Source of the DNA: Tubiluchus corallicola
Taxonomy: Eukaryota; Animalia; Priapulida
Assembly (NCBI GenBank): GCA_030141605.1
Contig: JAQGDQ010000823.1
Span: forward strand, 27,419 to 91,418
Reading direction: 5' to 3'
Length of the DNA: 64,000 nt
Part shown: positions 10,501-22,500 of the stretch, one piece after another
Position numbering within the stretch: the stretch's first letter is position 1
Layout: every line of letters begins with the position of its first letter
Position numbers and translations under genes: made by a program
The notes under the pieces: model-generated
The model's input: only the letters and a program-made list of their open reading frames with translations
The model's database searches: none
What the model was told of the DNA's origin: nothing

Positions 10501-13500
10501 ACTGCTGCAACTGTGAAATTGGTTCATTAATTAATTAACTGTTGTAATGGTGAAATTGATTCATTAATTAACTAGCTGTTGTAATGGTGAAACTCGTTCA
10601 TAAATTAACTAACTGTTGTAACGGTGAAACTGGTTCATTAATTAACTAACTGCTGTAACGGTGAAGTTGGTTCATTAATTAACTAACTGCTGTAACGGTG
10701 AAACTGGTTCATTAATTAACTAGCTGCTGTAACTGTGAAACTGGTTTATTAATTAACTAACTGCTGTAATGGTGAAATTGGTTTATTAATTAACTAACTG
10801 CTGCAACTGTGAAATTGGTTCATTAATTAATTAACTGTTGTAATGGTGAAATTGATTCATTAATTAACTAGCTGTTGTAATGGTGAAACTCGTTCATAAA
10901 TTAACTAACTGTTGTAACGGTGAAACTGGTTCATTAATTAACTAACTGCTGTAACGGTGAAGTTGGTTCATTAATTAACTAACTGCTGTAACGGTGAAAT
11001 TGGTTCATTAATTAACTAACTGCTGTAACTGTGAAACTGGTTCATTAATTAGCTAACTGCTGTAACTGTGAAATTGGTTCATTAATTAATTAACTGTTGT
11101 AATGGTGAAATTGATTCATTAATTAACTAGCTGTTGTAATGGTGAAACTGGTTTATTAATTAACTAACTGTTGTAACAGTGAAATTGGTTCATTAATTAA
11201 CTAACTGTTGTAACAGTGAAATTGGTTCATTAATTAACTAACTGTTGTACGATTGTCAATTATTTTTTATGACACTTTAAAGAACAAGAAAAACAATCCT
11301 TAAATAAAACTTGAAAAATTCGTTTTTGACATCTTGTACCACTTGCACGTTGTCTTATTGCATGTAGAGCTTGCACTAGCATTTGGTATCGTTTTCATAA
11401 CAAGTGTGAAACAATTTGCTAAAATACTGCAGTACCGTAAGAGATGAGCAAAGCTTTAAGACATTTCAAGCTGATGACGGTGTAAAAAAGAAGAAGAACC
11501 TGACAACTTACCTTGCCTAAGCGGTGATCAGAAGTGGAACAAGAGTCCATGAATGTCTGAGCAATTACGGAGAGGGACGAGTCGACGGCATTCGTCTTGT
11601 GAATATCGAAGACGAAATCCGGATTTTTGATGAAATTCACCCAAAATCTAAGCGGTAAACTGAAAGAAAAAACCAGAAACGCTAAAACAAAAGTGTCTAA
11701 GAAGCTAATGAATCAGTGGCGGCTCGCAGCTAAAATTAGTGGGAGGTGCTGCTTCAGAACATTTTTAGCAATTGCTTTAATATTGTGTGAAGCGAAACAA
11801 ACATATGTAATTTTAATGTTTTTTTTCACCTCCAAACAGCAAACACGGGAAGCAAAACAATACATTTTTTACTTTACAGCAGCAAACCCAACTTTTCTGT
11901 TGGCACCATTTAGAATTAAAGTTACGCATGTACTTTTTGTTGTTGCTTGTTCCTACTTGAGATATACTCATAAATATACTAATATATAATGTGTCAGCCA
12001 ATCATTATTTTTGGAACAGAAATCGAAACTGGGAGCCTGCCACAGCAAAATTTCATTTGAACACGAATCGCTGAGAAAGATGTTTGGAAAAATATCGATT
12101 CACGGTGATTATTTTTGTAACTCTTCCAATTCCCCTGACTTTTTACCAAATTATCTTTTTCCCAGATTTTTTCATGGCTTCCAGGATAATCTGTATTTTC
12201 AAGGATTTTCCCTGACCGTGGGAACCCTTTCAATAGCGAGGTCCCATTTTTGACAATCAATTCCCTCTGGCAACGTATAAAGTTTGAAAAAGTTGAAATC
12301 TTCTCACCTATTGCTCTTCCAAGCATAGACCACATCAGGATCACATAGCTGGTGCCTCAGCGCTTCCTCGTCGAGAAAGTCGAAGAGATACTTGATAGTG
12401 AGCGGTAGCACCTTATTGGCTGAGAGAACTGTGGCGAAGAAGTCATCGGTGAACTTCTGTATAGTTCCCTAAAAACAAGATGTGTTAAACAAGATCCTGT
12501 GACTTTTTTACCTGTGACTTTTTCCTGTGGCTTTTTACTCGTGACTTTTTACCTGTGACATTTTTCCTGTGACTTTTTTACCTGCGACTTTTTTCTTGTG
12601 ACTGTTTCCTGTGACTTCTTTCCTGTCATTTTTCCTGTGACTTTTACCTGTGACTTTTTCCCTGTAACTTTTTCTAGTGACTTTTTTACCTGTGACTTTT
12701 TTCCTGTGTCTTTTTTCCTGTGACTTTTTTCCTGTGATTTTTCCTGTGACTTTTTTCCTGTGACTTTTTTCCTGTGACTTCTTTCCTGTGATTTTTCCTG
12801 TAGCTTTTTTACCTGTGACTTTTTTCATGTGACTTTATTCCTGTGACTTTTACCCGTGACTTTTTCCCTGTAACTTTTTCTAGTGACTTTTCTACCTGTG
12901 ACTTTTTTCCTGTGACCTTTTTCCTATTACTTTTCTAACTGTGACTTTTCCTACAACTTTTTTCCTGTGATCTTTCCTGTGACTTTTTTACCTGTGCCTT
13001 TTTTATTGTGACTTTTTCCCAGTGACTTTTTTACCAGTGACTTTTAACCTGTGAATTTTTTCCAGTGACTTTTTTACCTGTGGCTTTTTTCTTGTGACTT
13101 TTTGCCTGTGACTTTTTTCCTATGACTTTTTATTGTGACTTTTTCCTGTGACTTTTCCCCAGTGAAGTTTTTACCTGTGACTTTTTTGCCAGTGACTTTT
13201 TTACCTGTGACTTTTTTGTCTATGTCTTCATTACCTGGATTAGCTGTTGTATGAAGCCACTAGCAAAAACGTTATACGAGTAATTCATGTATCAGTTTCT
13301 GAATGCTTTTCATATTAAACTGTGCAGTATATGTGAAGAGTAAAGCAGTTATGAAAATCCAGACGCATACAATTTTCAAGCAGACATGATCTTATCACTT
13401 TCAATGGAAATGTACAAATGGATCAATTTCAGAAATGGCTTCCTTGCCAATTACTTACTTTTGTGGCTAGCAGCCTAGTAAGAAAAATCTCAGACATGCA

Positions 13501-16500
13501 AGTCTTCATACTTTGCTTATCTTTATGGCTCTGCGGCAAGTGATCATCCACTGGCCGAACCTGCAAGCAAAATAAGAATCTTAATAATAAACTTATTAGT
13601 ATCATCATCACTATCATCACCATCACCACCACCATCATCATCATCATCATCATCAAACTCATCTTCATCACCATCATCATCATCCTCAACATCACCACCG
13701 CCATCGCCATCGCCATCACCATCACCATCACCATCACCATCACCATCACCATCACCATCACCATCACCATCACCATCACCATCACCATCATCATCATCAT
13801 CATCATCATCATCATTATTAACATCAAATTGCAAATTCTTCATTCTGTTCTTGCGCATTAACTCATTATCAAAATTAAATAAGTATCATAATGATTTATT
13901 TACACATAGCTATGATACAGGGTGTCTCATAAGTGTTTACACACTTTATGTTTTCAACATTTTTAACAAATACCATTTTGAAAACTAGTACAGATGAACT
14001 AAAATCTTTGGCAATACTTTTGCTCAAAGTAGGAAAAAATTTGAAAAGAACTACCGCACTAGCAACTTTTGCTGCTTTTGCTCTCTCTTTCAAAGACCTC
14101 AAAAACTTCAGACACCAATCCAATAGCAAGCCGGGCATCTTGCATTGAGAAGGTCTCTCACAGCTCATGACTAGTGAGAAAGGGCTGCCTCTTGTTGAAA
14201 AATACATCGTTAATAGTGCTAGAATAGTGTGGTTCACACGGTGCTCTGCATTTCCGCTGAACTGCAGTTGATAATCAAAAGAACTCGTGTCAGGCTGATT
14301 TTGTACTTTATTTCTAATGTTACTATCGTCACCATAGCACCAGAGCCAAAAAATAAGTAAAAACAATTGGCAAATGCCCCTTCTGATTGATGTAAGAGCT
14401 TGCTGAGATTGGAGAAAAAGAGATAATAAGAAACGCAAGTGCATAATAGAGTGGACTTTGGGACACCGTTGTCGTTACTGTCATTGTTAACTGTCCTAGC
14501 CAAATCACAATTTAAGCATTTAATGGAATTTTCATATAATTACGAAACAAAATTCTCACCAAATGGTAGATTCTAGCTTTTTCCTCGTCAACTTGCAAAA
14601 TCGGCTGTGTTAAACTTTTTGGAAACCCGATGCTGTGAAGATGATTCAACGTAGCTAAACAAACAGAACAATAAACTTAAAAACTACATAAAAATGCTTT
14701 TAAAAAATAATTAGTTAATTATTAAATAATAAATAATAAGACTTCGTTAAAGTATCAGACTTCGTTAACCTGACTCAGGACAAAAGACAGTATAAAACAC
14801 GTTAGTTAAATGCAAAATAGAAAATTGCAAATGAAATTTAGCTCCAGTTTGATTGGTAAGAAAACTGAAAATTCAAAGTTTCGTAATTTCAAAGATAGCT
14901 TGTTCTAGACGGCATCGCATTACTTTTCTAGTAATCTATACAAATTTGCAAACTATAGATTGAACACGAAATTGATTTAGTACACAAAAGCTAATGTAGA
15001 TGTCGCCACTAGCTGATAATGATAGTAAAACAGAAGGCTGAAGAAATAGCAAAGCAAACGTGATTCAAATACTGAAATTCTCTCCTTCAAAAACATATTT
15101 GAAATGAACTCTACTTACAATTATGATAATTATGTGAACCATTAATCGTGAGTTTCCCATTTATTTCGCTCGCACGGGGTACCAGAGCCATGATGGCGTT
15201 ATCCGGAACGTTATAGTGCTTCAGCGTGTTGATGCGTCGCCAGCCGCTCGACGCCTCAGACGTGACGTCTTCGTCCATCAGTATTAGGTGTCCTCCGCGA
15301 CCGTGTCGCCACTCTGCAGGAAACATTGGTACTATTAGGCAAACGTGTATTACCATAGTTTTAATGTGTTTCAATTTTATAATTCACTCATTTTTAAGTA
15401 CGTGTAAATGTATGCTAACAAGTAGTAATAAGTCTTTCTATAGTTTCATTGTTTGTATGCTGCAGTTGCTGTAGGTTAAAGGTTAAGTGTACCACAGCAA
15501 CGAATTTTACCTACAGCCATCAAATGACATGTGGGTAAAGCAAAGACGTCTGCCACGTCAGTTGTTTTACGTGGACTTTACTTAATTATACATTAGTCTG
15601 TGTGTAGAGTGATTTACTAGCAGGATCTTGCTTACGAACCAGAAAAAATGAACTAGGTAAGGTTCTAGTTAGCTGTTAAAACTGTTACTATTACAAGAGC
15701 ATGGGCTGCGAGGCGTTGTCTGGTACACTTAACCTTTGATCTTTTCACAATCATCATCAATCCCTATAACTGTGAAAAAGCTTATTTTTTGCAGCATTAT
15801 GGTTGTGATGGATTGCTTGACTAAACTATTATTATGGTTGAGCATCGAACCATCGAAACAAGTTTTTTTAGTTCGAATTTGATTCAAACCTAAAATTATG
15901 GATTCCAACAATTCAGTATTTGAACTACAAACGTTCTTTATCATTAAAACGTCTAAAACATCAGTGCAATCAGCACAGTTTAGCTGTGATTTCTGTAGAC
16001 ATTTTTTAAACAAATTATTAGTGTTTTTACTGCAAAATGAAACCAAGCAATATGCAAGATCTTTGTTAAACTGCCTTTTATTACTGCTTTGAAAATCTAT
16101 TAGAAAATCTTTAAAGCCGAATTTAAATTCGAAATCTCGAAACTCGGTTTGATTCACGCTGGAAAGACACAAATTTGTCTGGAATCGAATTCGCATTTGG
16201 GTAGACAATGCTCACCTCTAACAATTATGACATCACTTGTGCCCTAACTTCAAACAATTACTTTAACAGCACACCAACACTGCAGTCGAAAGAAGTCAGC
16301 TTACGCATTACACAAGGTCGAGTTGTGAAATCACTCAGTCAAGCTTATTTTGCTTCTAACACACTGTTCAACGAACATTTCGAGAGATTTTGGCTATTTT
16401 GGAGAGCAAACAGGGCCAGCTGCTAAAGGCAGTTACACCAACAAGAGATCTAATAACAACAAAACATTTGCGTAACATAGCCAGCCACATTACCGAAACT

Positions 16501-19500
16501 AACAAATCACATTTATAAGAGTAAACAGCTCCGTGTCTAATTACAATGCAGGTAGCGGTTGACTTACGACCACAATACTTCTGGTGGATTGGTTGTAAGA
16601 ATTCCAAGCAAGATGAACCCATGTAATAAAGCGGTGCGCCCCTACACGCAAGATGTTGTGCATATGAGCATCAACCCTTTCACTACGGAAGGCGGCACAC
16701 TGCCGCCTGAGCTCAATACTAAACACAGTCACCCAGGTCTGTTTATTTCACTCCTACGGCCATGCAAAAACATTCTAGAAAAGTTTAACAGCCATGGGAA
16801 TGTGGTTGCTTTGCAACAAGTAATGCTAACCAGCCAATCAGCATCTGAAGCCAGGTGCATTTCACAATACTATACTGTATGGCATGATCCCACAAAAAGT
16901 CACTTGTAAATAGTTGGTGAAACGTATGTTTAGTTGATTGCTCTGCATTCTTATAAAATTACTGCATATTATGGATTAATAATATGACTTTTGTGTAAAC
17001 TGGCTTCAAAATATAAGTATGTGCTAATTTGAGCGGGTGTACACGTGTGTGCATGCATGAGTGCATATACATATATATAAATATATATGTGTGTGTGTGT
17101 GTTTGTGTGTGCAGGGATGTGTATGCATGTGCAGAAATATTCAATGTTAGTGTTTAATAACAAACGGCTATTTGTTTATTTACAAGATTCTGTTTTAGTA
17201 ACACACCACAAGAAGTTATTGTGAAATGTGCAATGCCAACGTAGCTCAGTTAAAAAGCAACTACATAGTGAAAGGGTTAAGTATGGCAGCGCCTATGATA
17301 AATTTATCGAAGTAGATAGCAATTTAAAGTTAATTTGTCTAAACAAATATAGAAAAATATGAGTTATAGTCAGTTTTGTATGTTTAATTAAGTTGCGATC
17401 AGGTCGTAAATCGAACAGTCGCAAGTCGCATATGTCGTAAGTCGACTACTACCTGTACACTTTTCTAAATAGGCATCCCTGCTAGACTCTTAATCAAATT
17501 GCTAACCTAATACTTGTTCAAAAACAAGAATTTAGCACAAACCAACATTACTGCTCGACAGACTATTAACAAATATCAACAACCCAACACATTAGCCAAA
17601 AAATGATACACTCACGTCCCAGTTTGCTGGACAAAAGCCGAGAGATGATGGTCCAAATTTGCCGATTGTCCGTATTTACCAATACTAAGCTAATACAGTA
17701 TGCTCCGCGTATTAGGCTCATGGTAATGTAGAATCATTCACCTAACTGTCTCAAAAACGTCTAGTATGGGCCGCTCTTATGCAATGTCACAAATAACTCC
17801 TCATAATTGACTCTTTGTTTTTATACATAGAGATATACAAGTGGTTACACTAACGTAATGACGTAAACAAATTGACGCCCGGACAACTAGCGGTCAGCTC
17901 GCCAAACAACGGACCGTACGGGACTTTCTTAGCGCACCAGATATCCATAAAAGCGTGGTCCGGCAAACTGAGATATGAGAGTACTTCTAACAAATGATAA
18001 ATTTGTTACTAAAAGGAACAGAAAAGCTATCGTACTAACAAAAGTTTCTGTTTCTTCTACGCCAACATTTACACAACATTCTAACAACTAAAATCAATTT
18101 CTACAACAGAACACAATGATATATTGCTAAATAAATGACAGAAAATGTAAAATAAAACAATGCCCTACCCAGTGGCGACCCCTGCGGGGACTTTTTGTCA
18201 CGTTTAATACTGTTCTGGTTTTTCTGGTAATCAAATTTTCCTTGTATCCAAGAAGCATCGCCAACTAGAAAATTAAAGGGGGGAAAGTGAAAATGACAAA
18301 ATTTCCAGTTTGCAATGAAATGGGTGGAAATTTAAAATGAAACGAAAAACATTATTAGAGAAATATATGAAATCGTGTATAAAATATTTTCAATTACTGC
18401 TTGAGATCTTAATGATCTATTCTGATATTGCTTTTTACTGACTTTTACAGTGACGGCAAATACATGATAACTTCGAGAGAGTTTACAGCTCTGGTTAGCA
18501 GGCAAAAGGAATGCGTTCAAAGTAATCTTGTGGAAAAGTAAATCTCGCGAACTCATCCAAAGTTGCAAAGTTCAGATAAGATTACTCTCTGAGCTGGCAG
18601 ATGCTCTTTTTAGCAATGCCAGCGTTAAGTAAATAAGAAAATAAACTGTTAGTAAGCAGCGTAAAGCGTTAATAGACAAAACTGCCAACTCTGACATAAC
18701 TGACGTAACATCAGACAAGCTGACAGATGCCAGACAAGCACACGAATCAAGAAGCACGTGTTCTATCATGTCTGGGAAATTGAAATTTCTAACAGCATCA
18801 GTTTCTTGTCTAAAATTTGTAGGACCGGAAAGAACTTTCATGTCGGTTGCTGGTTAGTAGCGCTCAGATGGGAAGCATAAGAAAAAACCCTGGATAATTG
18901 ATGTTAGCAGAGGTCCCATAATGCACTGCAAAACTAACACAAGAGCAGGCAAACATCAGCAAATGTTACAGTAGCCAAGCATAAACAACTACAAAAACTT
19001 GCAACAGCATCTACTAATTAATCATCTCCATAAAAAAATGAAGCTCAGTCAGCCATATTAAAGAAAATTTACAGCTTTGCATATGCACAATATGGCTGCC
19101 AAACTTCGGCGGGGCCAAAGCGAAATGCAAAGTGTAAATGCACAAGGGAAAAATGCAAAATGGTCATAAGATAGATCAGATGATTCATTTTTGTTGTTGA
19201 TTATTTTTATCGCCACTGTACCCACTAAATAAACACAGCCAATTTTGCCAATTTTAAAACCAAAAACACTATACAAGCTTACCAAGCTTAGGCACTGGTC
19301 CAAAGATATACAAAAAAGACCAAATGAGCCCAATTTTGAGAACCAAATCGCGGAAAACCGAAAACTGATGAAACCAAACAAAGGCAATTCTCTTTTTCAT
19401 ATTCACTTTTATATCAAACTGAATCAACTCTTGTAGTACGTTGTAAAATCAACAACTGTTCTTTCCGTTTGTAGAAATGCGAATCCACACCCACGTACAG

Positions 19501-22500
19501 TGCTCGGCGACATAACGACCGTTTTGCATTCTTTCCAATAGATATCTTATCACATTTAAATGCACTTTCACAGCTAGCAACATAATAACAACACAGAGCT
19601 AGCAAAGGAACATACCTAAATCTATCTCATGTATCGAGGGTCGTAAGCTGAACGGTGTATTCTTATACAAAGCATCCAGTATTTTCATCTTGGCCTGCGA
19701 TACGGTGTCAATATCCAGCACTCTCACTTGTAAGTACTCATTGCAATCACCTTGGACCAAATTCAGTGTCTAAAACATCAGATAAAATGAATATTATGTC
19801 AATTCAGCCAAACTTTTTTCTACACAGACCTCACAAATGGACCGGTGCAAAGATAAATTGTAAAATAATTATGACAATTATGATGCTTATTTGAGCACCA
19901 AAAACTACTAAAAATTAGTAAGGGTGATGGAAAACTACTACTAGAAATAAGTAAGGGTGATGGACAAATACTACTAATAATTAGTAAGGGTGATGGAAAT
20001 ATACTACTAAAAATTAGTAAAGGTGATGGACAAATACTACTAGAAATTAGTAAGGGTGATGGACAAATACTACTAAAAATTAGTAAGGGTGATGGACAAA
20101 TACTACTAAAAATTAGTAAAGGTGATGGACAAATACTACTAGAAATTAGTAAGGGTGATGGACAAATACTACTAGAAATTAGTAAGTGTGATGGAAATAT
20201 ACTACTAAAAATTAGTAAGGGTGCTGGACAAATACTACTAGAAATTAGTAAGGGTGATGGACAAATACTACTAGAAATTAGTAAGGGTGATGGACAAATA
20301 CTACTAAAAATTAGTAAGGGTGATGGACAAATACTACTAAAAATTAGTAAGGGTGATGGACAAATACTACTAGAAATTAATAAGGGTGATGGACAAATAC
20401 TACTAGAAATTAGTAAGGGTGATGGAAATATACTACTAAAAATTAGTAAGGGTGATGGACAAATACTACTAAAAATTAGTAAGGGTGATGGACAAATACT
20501 ACTAGAAATTAGTAAGGGTGATGGACAAATACTACTAAAAATTAGTAAGGGTGATGGACAAATACTACTAGAAATTAGTAAGGGTGATGGACAAATACTA
20601 CTAGAAATTAGTAAGGGTGATGGACAAATACTACTAAAAATTAGTAAGGGTGATGGACAAATACTACTAGAAATTAGTAAGGGTGATGGACAAATACTAC
20701 TAAAAATTAGTAAGGGTGATGGACAAATACTACAAAAAATTAGTAAGGGTGATGGACAAAAACTACTAAAAATTAGTAAGGGTGATGGACAAATACTACT
20801 AAAAATTAGTAAGGGTGATGGACAAATACTACTAGAAATTAGTAAGGGTGATGGACAATACTACTAAAAATTAGTAAGGGTGATGGACAAATACTACTAA
20901 AAATTAGTAAGGGTGATGGACAAATACTACTAGAAATTAGTAAGGGTGATGGACAAATACTACTAAAAATTAGTAAGGGTGATGGACAAATACTACTAGA
21001 AATTAGTAAGGGTGATGGACAAATACTACTAAAAATTAGTAAGGGTGATGGACAAAAACTACTAGAAATTGACATAAAAAGCTAATGCATACTGGTAACT
21101 TCCATGTCACGAACACTGGAAATTCATTTTTTCATTAATCGAACTTTAAATGAACACTTGCATGAAACGGTGTTAAGCATTTATTTTAATGTGTCGGTTG
21201 TCTATGTACAACTGTACTTTTAGCGGAGCTGACAAAATCATACGGCCATAAGTACAGTAAGTCCTCACTTAATGAAGCTAAGCACGGAGTCGTTAAACGA
21301 GGACTTACTGTACAACAAAATAAGAAAAGTTTATACAACTCGAGTGTTAAAATATTACGAAATTAAAGAAGCTAGCTTTAATTCTTGTTCACTTTTCAAC
21401 ACCTCTGCTCAAATGATAATGATCTAACTATGCGCTATAGCATAATTCATGGTGACATATCAACCTCAAGTGAATCTTTTTATAACTTTGCACAGCTTAC
21501 AAATATTATAAGGGGCCACCATTTGAAATTACAAGTGAAAAAAGCTCACTTAATTGCTTTAAATATGTCTTCAGCAACAGAGTTGTAAATTTATGAAATA
21601 AACTACCACCATATGTTAATGATGCTCCAATTGTAAATACTGGTAACAGAAAATTATTCAAAAAACGTCTAAGTCATGTTGAATTTAACAAATATTTACT
21701 TTTTAACAGACACTTGTGGCGTGAAAAATTTGACACGCTGTACCCCTGTTTCAGGAATTCACTTACATATAAGCGAAGGCAGTTTTTTTTCTAGTCCCCC
21801 CTTTTTAGTTCTGTTCGGTTCAGTACTTCGTTGCTTCCACTAATATGGTTGTGGTTTTTTTCTCAACTAACTAAGATTTACGTTTCTTTAACTTTAATTT
21901 TATCGATTTCGAGTTTATTCTGCACCAACTTGTTAAGTAACTATTTTAGTTCTCTGTGTTTTTTACAGTAATCTTTTACTTATATTATTATAATCACTTT
22001 GTTTTAATTAGCACTGCTTTATTATTTTATTTCACTTTTCAACGGCCTTGCCACTCATGTATTGCACTTTGAAGATTACGAAATAAATAAATAATTAAAC
22101 AAATAAATAACTAAATAAAAATATAAGCAAATAACTAAATAAACAAATAAACAAATAGATAAATAAATTAATTAATCTTGCTAAATAGTCAGTAAGACAA
22201 TAGATGCTAACAAAGCCAAGCGACCTGCACTTACCAACACGCTGTGGTCCACCTTCTCCAGCAAAAGTCGGTCTTCGCTCAGCGAGTACCGAGCGTCGTT
22301 AGTGATGTAGTCAATAGGACCCTTCTCAACCTGATGTTTGATGGCCTTGTACAGCATGAACAGAGGTCGACCTGCGTACTCCTGAAATAGAAAAGTATGT
22401 CGTGAAATAGTTACTCGAAAAATTGATGTCAGAATGTCAGACAAGCTAATGGCCAGGCTAGAAAAAATAGTCTAAGAGCAATGAAAAGTATAGGACATTT

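Noticed and set aside
12535-12828. Lys-rich ORF
   Set aside because: Translation of the (TTTTTCCTGTGAC)n intronic repeat
13429-13858. Poly-M/V and poly-D/G ORFs
   Set aside because: Microsatellite read-through; only 13459-13560 is a real exon
18572-18849. Possible alternative terminal exon in the RBD intron, in frame after a phase-1 AG
   Set aside because: No convincing donor or poly(A) context, modest acceptor, and no recognisable motif
19495-19545. Possible fourth phase 1-1 cassette ([17 protein letters not shown], gtgggt donor)
   Set aside because: No pyrimidine tract and only ~70 nt from the upstream donor; could be chance
19900-21070. CRISPR-like periodicity (33 bp; also the 37-bp array at 10100-11250)
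   Set aside because: Head-to-tail repeats with no unique spacers, no cas genes, in a eukaryotic intron
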